Assembly: GCA_951406725.2 (NCBI GenBank)
Contig: OX597825.1
Coordinates: forward strand, 71,610,001 to 71,674,000
Origin: Octopus vulgaris
Taxonomy: Eukaryota
Direction: 5' to 3'
DNA: 64,000 nt
The notes below the pieces were generated by a model. The model ran no database searches. It saw only the letters and a list, made by a program, of their open reading frames with translations, and was not told where the DNA came from. Shown here piece by piece: positions 54,915 through 64,000 of this stretch (positions within the stretch are counted from its first letter, which is position 1; each line of letters begins with the position of its first letter). The position numbers and the translations under genes are program-made.

Positions 54915-56025
54915 CCATCTACAGCTGGATGCCCTTCCTAACGCCAACCACTTCACAGAGTGTACTAGATGCTTTTTACGTAGCACCAGCATCTACACTG
55001 ATATTTTTTACGTTGTAAATTGGTTTTAGGACCGGTGTACAACAATTTCGTTGGTAAATTTTCGTTCTAAGCTGAACTTTCCTTATATATTCAGGTAGTA
55101 TTAGGTCTCATACTTTCCTCTTGTCGCCGAGCGACCTTCACTCCAAGCTCACTTTTCATCCTTATACCATGTGCTTTCACACAGACATCGCTACTCAAAC
55201 CATCACTCGTCTGTCAGCACTCATGTCACTATTTCAAGTGGAATTTTATCAAAAGCTTTCCCCAGATCAAAACGAAGCATCATCTTCCTCGTGTCCCTTT
55301 ATTTCTGTAATTGCCTTGCGTAAAAATTGCATAATTTGTTTTTCTTAATTTCATAAATCCAAACTACTGCACTTCTTTGAACTTCACTTCACTAACAGCC
55401 TTTCCAATGTCTTACTGACTGAATAACCTGCTCAGCTGAAACTTAGTCCCAGGTCCCAGTCAACAAGAAAAAGTCGATGAGGAATCTTCGAAAGTAGAAA
55501 GTCTCTGCCCTCAGACCTTTCAACCTCCTTCACTACACAACCTTCTAGAAGGAAATTATAGTTATAGGAAAGCATTGCAATCGTCACGAAGAACTCCATT
55601 GATAGTTGGATCCGTCCTACACGCAACAACAGCTGTTGTGGAGGTGCAATGGTCCAGTGGTTAGGGCAGCGGACTCGCGGTCGTAAGGACGCGGTTTCGA
55701 TTCCCAGACCGGGCATTGTGAGTGTTTATTGAGCAAAAACACCTAAGCTCCAGGATGCTCTGGCGGGGGCTAGTAGTGAACCCTGCTGTACTCTTTCACC
55801 ACAACTTTCTCTCACTCTTTCTTCCTACTTCTTCCACAAAGCAGAGGAATCATGGTGTAACCCACTATGGTGTGGTAAACTTTCAGACCCTAGTCTAGAA
55901 TGCGAATCCCCTGTACCCCAGGATGGTTCAGCTCTCCACCCGTTAAAAGCCACAGTTTACGGAATGAGGATAACAACGTAGCTTTCGCGCCCGTGCAACC
56001 ACCAGTCTATCGCGTGTGGTGGGTG

Positions 56026-56058
56026 GATCTTCAAGTTGCCTGTGGCAACTTGAAGATC
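56026..56058. repeat. 15-bp perfect hairpin with 3-nt loop
   Basis: gatcttcaagttgcc-tgt-ggcaacttgaagatc. Confidence 0.85.
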
Positions 56059-56111
56059 TTTGAGTAGGCTCGAATTAGAGATTATTTTTTGTGGCTAATG
56101 GCGTGAGTCCT

Positions 56112-56240
56112 GATAATAATAATAAGAATAAGAATAATAGTGATGATGATGGTGGTGGTGGTGGTGGTGGTGAAGATGATGATGATGATGAGGAGGAGGA
56201 GGAGGAGAAGAAGAAAAAGAAGAAGAAGAAGACAACAACA
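56112..56240. repeat. Compound trinucleotide microsatellite
   Basis: (TAA)(GAT)(GGT)(GAT)(GAG)(AAG)(CAA) runs in series. Confidence 0.9.
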
Positions 56241-56870
56241 GCTCTTCAACAAAGCACTACAATGCCCGGATACTGAACGAGTGCTTGCAGTATTTTCTTT
56301 TTCGTGTTTTAGGGCACGAATCTTAGCTCTAACAAAGTAGCTATATGTTTTGCGTTGAAGAAACAATAAAGGACCATTCTCGATGCTAGCAGGTTAGCAC
56401 GATGTATTTACTAACCACGTCTTCTAAATTGCTGACTAGTTACCCCTCCACTCCAATCATGAGTTTGAGGCCTGTGTCGCCGATCAAGTTGAACTGTGGA
56501 CATCTTATACTGTCCACAACTCCTAGTTGTGCTCCTCAGACCTCAAATTCCTAATTTGCTCCATCGGCTTAGATAAGACTCGTAGATAGGGACCTTACTC
56601 GCTAGCCTGACAAACACTCTATTCACATTCGATGCGTATGATCCGTTGTGGTTGCTCCACGTTTCTACTGACCAGCGGCGGCTCGTGTATAGGAACTGCG
56701 GAACTGCAGCACTCCCTGTTTCCACTCGATATTATCGATGACATTCAATATAATGAGTCCTTTTTTTCTTTAATCTTTTCTTTATACTTGTACATTATAT
56801 AATCCTTAAGCTTAATGTCAGTAGCCATCCCTTAGTTTATGAAAAAAAACATACAATGTCTCCAGCTGAA

Positions 56871-57265
56871 GACGCAGGAGTGGCTGTGTGGTAAGTAGCT
56901 TGCTAACCAACCACATGGTTCCGGGTTCAGTCCCACTGCGTGGCACCTTGGGCAAGTGTCTTCTACTATAGCCTCGGGCCGACCAATGCCTTGTGAGTGG
57001 ATTTCGTAGACGGAAACTGAAAGAAGCCTGTCGTATATATATATATGTGTGCGTGTGTATTTGTGTGTCTGTGTTTGTCCCCCTAGCATTGTTTGACAAC
57101 CGATGCTGGTGTGTTTATGTCCCCGTTACTTAGCGGTTCGGCAAAAGAGACCGATAGAATAAGTACTGGGCTTACAAAAGAATAAGTCCCGGGGTCGAGT
57201 TGCTCGATTAAAGGCGGTGCTCCAGCATGGCCGCAGTCAAAATAACTGAAACAAGGAAAAAGAAA
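56871..57265 (+). mobile_element. SINE family A (tRNA-like head, central (TA)n(TG)n, gtaaaaga tail); representative copy
   Basis: ggcgcaggagtggctgtgtggtaag...ggttcagtccc (A/B-box-like) ...cagtcaaatgactgaaacaag. Other copies at about 1-420(-), 10594-10985(-), 23119-23725(-), 25949-26380(+), 27160-27575(-), 32549-32936(+), 37072-37476(-), 39510-40100(+), 42027-42402(+), 42814-43215(-), 43575-43965(+) and 51369-51996(-). Confidence 0.9.
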
Positions 57266-58098
57266 GAATAAGAAAAATACAAAAATCCTTGTATAGAACT
57301 GTACGCTTCACAGTTCCAGCATCGCGGTGTTTGGCTGATGTGCGCATGCTCACATGCCCGAAATAAGAAGCTGCTCGCTAAGGAGAGAGAGCTCTGTGAA
57401 CGACAGTGCCGACCCCGGTGATCCGGAGAAAGCTAGTGTTTCTTTTTGACTCCGGGTGTGTTATGCTCAAAAACGTGTTTATATTCTTGAATGTGATAAA
57501 GTGTAGAATTAGATTATTTTCCTGCTTCCAGCTACAGTGTTGCTGTCAGGATTTGAAAAATTGGGCAGATTTCCACCCCCTTATTTTGTGATTTAGTGGG
57601 GATTTTTGAAAAACAAAGGGGAATTTGCGGCGGTGTTCAGTGAACAAATTAAACATACTACCCGGCAATGACTAAAACACGAACCGATCAAGTTTATGTA
57701 TAAATTTTCTTTTTATATGTTTGTTTCCTTTTGTTACACATTCATATCTATGTGTTTGCGTATGCCAAACTACATCCCCACTCTTGGCACTATTTTGTTA
57801 GTGAACAGTACAACTGTGTGTAAAGTATATAATGTATCACTACGCTGAATGTCGTCGTCCGTGTATCATGAATAGTCAATAAACACGTAACCATAACAAT
57901 GGTTTTCATTTGGTTGTCTATCCTATCAGAACGCAAACTACACACAACACCTTTTACACAATACTAAAACAACGGCTAAAATTTTTCTGAAGCAGCATCC
58001 TCCACTAACTTTATCTGCGAGCACCCACTGCTACTGACATACCAGGAAAATCCATTCAACACTTGTCAGACATTTGGAAACTTCTGAGTAGGTTTTCG

Positions 58099-58835
58099 TT
58101 TTTTTACATAAGTAATGAGAGCGAAAGAGACTAAGAGGAAGCGATTTTACGACGAGAAGGTTTCACTTTGAAGTCGGCCTGTGTGTGTTTGATGGGGTGT
58201 GGGAGACAGACAGTATGTTGTGTAAGTGAAGTGCTTCTGTTAGTATGTGCGAAGAGACAGACATACATATACACATACACCGAGTAAAAAATTACGATGA
58301 ATCGGCCATACATACATACATACACACACACACATACATAGATACATACACACACACACATACATGCAGACATACATATACACATACACCGAGTAAAAAA
58401 TTACACTGAATCGACCATACATACATACACACATACATACATACACATACATAGATACATACACACACACACATACATGCAGACATACATATACACATAC
58501 ACCGAGTAAAAAATTACGATGAATCGGCCATACATACATACATACACACACACATACTTACACACACACACATACATAGATACATACACACACACACACA
58601 TACATGCATACATACATATACACATACACCGAGTAAAAAATCAGTTATCTCTCTCTTTCACACATTACTCTCTCTGTCTCTTCGCACACACTAACAGAAG
58701 CACTTCACTTACACAACATACTGTCTGTCTCCCACACCCCATCAAACACACACAGGCCGATTTCAAAGTGAAACCTTCTCGTCATAAAATCGCTTCCTCT
58801 TAGTCTCTTTCGCTCTCATTACTTATGTAAAAAAA
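58099..58835. repeat. Foldback structure: ~160-bp inverted arms around a tandem array
   Basis: Arms at 58099-58262 and 58674-58835 with few mismatches; interior has four 'catacaccgagtaaaaaa' anchors at ~110-125 bp spacing separated by (CATA/CA)n. Confidence 0.88.
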
Positions 58836-59089
58836 TAAAAGTTTTTTACGGAAATCGACGGAAATCTGAGCTACGACATGCGAAACTTCGCCCTTTTTTC
58901 AACATAACGTACCTTCGACTACAGCAAACACGTATATAAAGTGTCCGCCCTGTACAGGCCGCACACCCCACCCTATATTGCTGACTCGTTGTCCATGCGA
59001 GGCCCAAATGTGTTACGGGGAACCTCGCGGATGAGTTTTATAGTTGCAGGCGATGGAAAGGTGAGCCGGCAACTTTAAGTCAGATGCTG

Positions 59090-59364
59090 GGTACTACTTA
59101 AGAAGAGTGGTCCCGGTGCGCGCACTCGCGTACTCGCGCATCCGCGCTAGCTAGTCGTGACTAGTCGATCCTTACTTTGTGTTTTTGTGTTTCATTTACT
59201 TTGTTTTAAAAAAACTATTTACTTTGTGTAAAAAAAATTATTTATTTTGTGTTTTAATTACTTTTGCTAGGCAGTCGTTGTAGGATCAATTAGTCACGAC
59301 TAGCTAGCGCGGATGCGCGAGTACGCGAGTGCACGCACCGGGACCACTCTTCTTAAGTAGTACC
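59090..59364. mobile_element. MITE with ~80-bp TIRs and 8-bp TSD (Merlin-like)
   Basis: TIR ggtactacttaagaagagtggtcccggtgcg... is mirrored at 59282-59364. TSD agatgctg at 59082-59089 and 59365-59372. Truncated copy at about 52248-52350. Confidence 0.85.
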
Positions 59365-59540
59365 AGATGCTGAACGAGGACAGAGGTTGCCGAATCTCAC
59401 AAAAAAGCTCCACATGCTGCCTGCAAGTGTTGTGAAAAACGATGTTGCAGATGAACTGCGTAGACGAACGGATTGTGGCATCTGGTTTGTCGAGATGTCC
59501 TAACATGGTGCGCTGCGCAGCCAAAGAAGAATTTGGCAGA

Positions 59541-59654
59541 GGTAAAGAATACGTACACCACCCGTTTTCAGCATAACAAAAACCCTAACCCTAACCCAAA
59601 CCCAAACCCTAAAACCTAACCCTAACTCCAAACACCGGGTGTGCGTATTCTTTA
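59541..59654. mobile_element. Tiny MITE-like element with internal telomere-like repeats
   Basis: taaagaatacgtacacc / ggtgtgcgtattcttta inverted ends around degenerate (CCCTAA)n. Confidence 0.55.
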
Positions 59655-60747
59655 GGTAGAACGATACAGTTCTTCAACATAAACAGGGCTCGATAATAAT
59701 TAATTAGGTGCAACATGTGCGCAGTCTTTATTGGGTTCTGGGCATAAAAGGACAAATTCCTTTTTTGCGTCGGTAGCTGTTGAAACCGCAGCTAACTTTT
59801 GTCCTTGAAGTGTCATTCTCTTCCATCAAATTGGAATGAAAGCACTGCGCCTCAGGAAAGAACATTATGAGACAGAATGGTTGATCTAACGAATATCATG
59901 AGTGTTTGCTTTTAGTTTCTTTGTTTTTTTTTTCGCTCTGTATAAGTACTGAATAAAAATATTGGAATAAGCTTCATTTCGTAGTTATACACACAGACAG
60001 ACGTACACATACATACACACGAATCAACAAAAACGTCTGTTTGTTCGCATGAACTGTTAGAATTAGCGGGGAAAATGTCTCAAATAATATCTTGAATAAT
60101 ATCTTGGATAATATAAAAAATAACAGAGGATAATATAGTATGTATTAAATATAATGACTGCAAAAAAAGTTGGGGGGTTAGTCATTACTGGAATGTTTTT
60201 GGTCATAAGTCTGCAGTACCTTGAACTAAAGAAGAACAACACACTCACGTGCGTTCATATCAGCATAGAAGTAAGCGTAAATATTATCATGTGTAAGAGA
60301 ACTTTAAATAGTAAAATTAAAGAGTTACAGCTAATGACTCCTTTCCGGTATCTATTCCACCGATGTTGAAATCAGTAATATTAATCCATGGTGTACATTT
60401 AATCAGAACCGATCTTTATCAACAGGGAGTCAAATTCAAAGTAATAGCGTTGAGAGGAAATAAGTTGTTTCAAAAAGAATGACGCTAAACAAACGCGATA
60501 TTGCCAACTGTCTGACATTTTCATGAAGGATGGATATTAAAATGAACATAATAGATAAGAATCCCGCTTTTTGAAGATATATAAAATCAGTAAGATTTTT
60601 GGTTTTCATTTCTCGTGTGCTTATTTGCATAATTCGGTATATATACAATTATATATTTCTTCATGTTATATTTTTCTATATTCCTCTGTCTCGCTCATCC
60701 AATCAAATATTGTTGACGATTTAAATTTCATTAATTATGGTGGAATT

Positions 60748-63144
60748 ATGAAGCTACAGACATTGCTAAGCACATATGTTTTAACCGTCCTTCTACAACA
60801 TTCAGACGAAGAACAACTAAGTTCAGATTCCGATACGTATCTGACCGTACAACTTCTGATAGACCTGGAAAGTCCCGAACAGCAGAAATTGGATCGCTTT
60901 TTTAACATTGAAACCATGATTGATTTATCGACCAAGAAATTTTATTTTTTCGAAGATTCAGTAACTCTGCGCCTTTACGTTCCCAGCTCAAAGATCGGTT
61001 ATCCCATTCAATTTTTGCAATTTGTCAACAATCGCCCATACGAAATAGTTTTCAACGAAACCTGTACTAAAAATGGAAATATGGACTATTTCTGCCAGCA
61101 GACTAATTCAGACAGCAATTCGTACAAGGTCAAAGGGTACTGTTGTCCTGAAAGTGTTCAGATTCGTTGTATTTTCTATGATCCTTTATGGTATTCTATT
61201 AATACGCTCGACGACCCTGTAATCATTCAGGGTATAAAAATGGAGGTCTTCACAAAGGAAGCAGGCGGCGAATCAGATGTTCTAAAGAAAAAAATCGCCG
61301 AAAGCAATCGTTTTCTTGTCAACGGCAAAACTATCGAGAAGGAAGACGATAAACTTTATTTCACGGCCCGCGTTCATAATCTGGCTAACACTACTTCTTC
61401 TGCTTGTAAAAACCCATTTTGTCCAAAGTTAAATTATTTATTGGTACCTCTTTCAAGAATGCCATCAAACGTCAGTCTACAGATATTGGAAGGTGTTCGT
61501 GAATACTTGCTTATTAAGAAGAAAGATTTTGATATAAAAGGAATAGTGTGCGCTACAACTGGAATATCTATCGGTTCTGTTACAAGAAAGAGCGACAGAT
61601 GTTCAGACACCTTTGTAAAAGATTGCTCCAAAACTCAGTATGACAAAAATGAGGAGATAAAAATCAGCGGTGGCAATATAAAGAAATCAAAATATTTTCT
61701 ATCGAGGTTTGCCTTACCTGTAGCCCCTTATATTGGGAAAATTCCTGGCTGGAAATCTAGTACGACATTGTTATTTGTAGCTAATCCAAAGCGTTCAGAT
61801 AAAGCGAAGCTGGAAATTATTATAAATCTCAATAAAAACCTTTTTCCTTTTGCAATTCCATTAATAGGTAAAGGTTCTATCAGAACTATATACAGCCATC
61901 CATTTACAAATTATGACACCCAGTATGAGATTGGAGTAAGTATTCTTAACATAGGGCTAGTTACAGGAAGCTTTAAAATATCATTAAACTGTGAACCGAA
62001 AAATCAGTTCAAGACTTTAATATTGATGCCATTTCAAGGACAAATAGTGAGATTTTATCAGAATATTGAATTAACTATTGAAAAAGAAAGCGCGAACACT
62101 ACCTCTAAAAACACCAATAAAAAACTGTTACCATCGCTGTGTCGAATAGAATTGTTGAATGAAGATGAGAAAACAACGCAATCAAAAGAAATTATTTTAG
62201 AAGAAAGTAAAATATGCATATGTTTAGTCGGTTGTAAATGTATTTGTGATCAACCATATACATGCGAAATGATAGACAAGAGAACCACCACTGAATCTCC
62301 TGTCAAAGACTTTCCTCATGAGAAACTCTGGGTTATTGTGTGCACAATTTTATTTCTACTTATGCTACTCAATTTACTAAAATTCTCTTTTGGCTTTTGC
62401 TTCCCAATTCCCGTTGGCGAAGCAGGGCTATGTGTTTTTATAACAAGTAGCTTTCAGTGTGAATATCTCGAAAAAGATCTTCAGCAAAAAGCAGTAGAGT
62501 ACGATGAAGACGGTTACCCAGTGCATCCGAAAACTAAAGAAAGAGTGCGTGCTTTGCAGTACAAGACAATGGGTGCTCTGAATTTATTATTCTTCTTTTA
62601 CTTGCCATTTATTGTCTTTCATTGGTTTTTAGCACGAAACAAGATAAATAAAAAGAAAAAGGATATAACGTGGGACAAGTTAGAAACAACTGTTGAAATG
62701 GTCAAAGAAGGCGATGACAACTTTTGTTTGCACCGTGCTTTGAAAAGAGCATCATGTCAAACAATATCATCAGATCAGTCCGAATTGCCAGACCCCGTCC
62801 AAGAAGAAAGGAATTCTATATTAGAGGAATATGGTAGAAGAATATATAAAGGGAAATGTGGTGAGGAGTCAGTGAAACACCCGTGCGAAAAGTCTCCGAA
62901 ATTATCTAAGGATTGCCAACGAAAGAGTAAATTGAAATGTGTGTTTAATAATTTTCGAAAAACAGAGAAAGAACCTAGTTCATGTGAAAGTTCAGACTGT
63001 CAGAAAAGTATTACGGATAATCTTTCAGCATGTATCATACCTGATATTACCCAAACTATTCGCGACGGTCACGAGAGTAGTTCATCTGAGCCTTCTTCAT
63101 GTTCATCATTCAAGAGAACTCCTAAAAAAGATAAATGTTCTTGA
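60748..63144 (+). CDS. HAP2: HAP2/GCS1-like class II fusogen (fusexin) homologue, single exon, 798 aa
   Basis: Uninterrupted ORF; the first in-frame ATG (60748) is followed by a signal-peptide-like stretch MKLQTLLSTYVLTVLLQHS. Family motifs occur in canonical order: YPIQFLQFVNNRPYE (cf. YPLxYxxxxNxKPxE), GYCC, CIFYDPLWY (cf. HCLxFDxLWY), LLIKKKDFDIKGIVCATTGIS..RC..DC..Q (cf. LDGxECNKIGVS..C..SCLxNQ), domain III NIGLVTGSFKISLNC and CRIELLN, Cys cluster CICLVGCKCIC, TM segment, Cys/Ser/Lys-rich tail. Identified by motif recall, not by database search. Confidence 0.85.
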   Translation: MKLQTLLSTYVLTVLLQHSDEEQLSSDSDTYLTVQLLIDLESPEQQKLDRFFNIETMIDLSTKKFYFFEDSVTLRLYVPSSKIGYPIQFLQFVNNRPYEIVFNETCTKNGNMDYFCQQTNSDSNSYKVKGYCCPESVQIRCIFYDPLWYSINTLDDPVIIQGIKMEVFTKEAGGESDVLKKKIAESNRFLVNGKTIEKEDDKLYFTARVHNLANTTSSACKNPFCPKLNYLLVPLSRMPSNVSLQILEGVREYLLIKKKDFDIKGIVCATTGISIGSVTRKSDRCSDTFVKDCSKTQYDKNEEIKISGGNIKKSKYFLSRFALPVAPYIGKIPGWKSSTTLLFVANPKRSDKAKLEIIINLNKNLFPFAIPLIGKGSIRTIYSHPFTNYDTQYEIGVSILNIGLVTGSFKISLNCEPKNQFKTLILMPFQGQIVRFYQNIELTIEKESANTTSKNTNKKLLPSLCRIELLNEDEKTTQSKEIILEESKICICLVGCKCICDQPYTCEMIDKRTTTESPVKDFPHEKLWVIVCTILFLLMLLNLLKFSFGFCFPIPVGEAGLCVFITSSFQCEYLEKDLQQKAVEYDEDGYPVHPKTKERVRALQYKTMGALNLLFFFYLPFIVFHWFLARNKINKKKKDITWDKLETTVEMVKEGDDNFCLHRALKRASCQTISSDQSELPDPVQEERNSILEEYGRRIYKGKCGEESVKHPCEKSPKLSKDCQRKSKLKCVFNNFRKTEKEPSSCESSDCQKSITDNLSACIIPDITQTIRDGHESSSSEPSSCSSFKRTPKKDKCS

Positions 63145-63146
63145 AT

Positions 63147-63760
63147 TTCATTGGCAGAATTTGTGAAACAGTTTAATATAAAAGTTGCCATTAAAAATAT
63201 TTGTAAATCTTGGGGGAAAGTGACAAACTGCAACATATTTTACCATTGTTCATTGGTAGAATTTGTGAACCTGTTTAATATATTTTTAAAAAAACGCCAT
63301 TTAAAATATTCTTGAATCGTGGGGAAATGTGAAAACCAACATATTTGATTTCAGTGTGCTTAATATTTCAATGACACACTAACAGAGGAATTTTTTTGAA
63401 GAAATACTTAACATTGGAATAGAGCTTGGTTTCGTAAAAATAGACGATATAGATGTTCACGATTTATTTGAATCCTATTCGAAAGGACTAACTCTCAGGA
63501 CATTCTTAATGTAGATCAACAAGCGGGTATACAAAGAAGACGAAGCTGAGTCGATGAAATGTACCACAAATTAAAGGAGTGACTGTAAAATAATTTTATG
63601 TTATGTTTCTCGAATACGAAATTTAAACTATTTGTGATGAATATCGATCCTAACGAACTTCATAACTATAGACAGTTACAGGCAAAGGCAACGAAAGAAG
63701 AATATATTAATGCGTATCAAATTACCATGGTTAAGTATTTTTATTTTTTCAAAGGAAAAA
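63147..63760 (+). mobile_element. Ancient pogo/Tigger-like transposase remnant directly after the HAP2 stop, with an internal ~100-bp tandem duplication
   Basis: LAEFVKQFNIKVAIKNICKSWGKV (repeated as LVEFVNLFNI..NILESWGNV) and ELGFVKIDDIDVHDLFESYSKGLT resemble the Tigger segments TLRDFWKRYNI and ELEMDSEEEDFTDLFEKDKQSLT seen at 29.7-30.4 kb. Confidence 0.6.
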
Positions 63761-64000
63761 ATTCGTGAAAAGATTATTTTCCGACGTTTTTAGGTAGACT
63801 GCAGTAAAACAATGTTGCATTTCCAATAAATTGTTGAATACTAAGCACATTTTTACCTGTCCTTATTACATTTTCTTCTTTAAGGATAAAACATAAATGA
63901 TAAAATAGTGACCAAGTGTTTTCACACATATACACACGTGCACACTCATACATACATGTATATAGTACATTTAAAAGTAGACAAGGAATACAATAAATAA

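Noticed and set aside
56082-56366. Low-complexity acidic/basic ORFs
   Set aside because: Translation of a compound trinucleotide microsatellite; no splice or homology support.
60571-60747. 59-aa N-terminal extension of the 857-aa ORF
   Set aside because: It begins at TTG. In a eukaryote the ATG at 60748, which directly precedes a signal peptide, is the likely start.

Overview
AT-rich, microsatellite- and SINE-saturated animal DNA; the repeat families look like those of an octopus/coleoid cephalopod genome (inference from recalled repeat sequences). Two protein-coding genes are supportable and lie head-to-head. (1) The first coding exon of a GOLIM4/GPP130-like Golgi membrane protein on the minus strand (48800-48971); its very large intron probably spans the left three quarters of the window. 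(2) An intronless 798-aa type-I membrane glycoprotein on the plus strand (60748-63144) with the ordered motifs of the HAP2/GCS1 gamete fusogen (class II fusexin). This HAP2 homologue is the highlight: it is single-exon, appears to have lost almost the entire cd/fusion loop and the N-terminal domain-I disulfide, and abuts a decayed pogo/Tigger transposase. The rest is transposon debris: mariners, Tigger, piggyBac- and Merlin-like MITEs, RTE and Tx1 LINE fragments, a Helitron-like end and several SINE families. There are also Penelope-type hammerhead ribozyme motifs and large palindromes. Nearly all short ORFs in the track are repeat artefacts.
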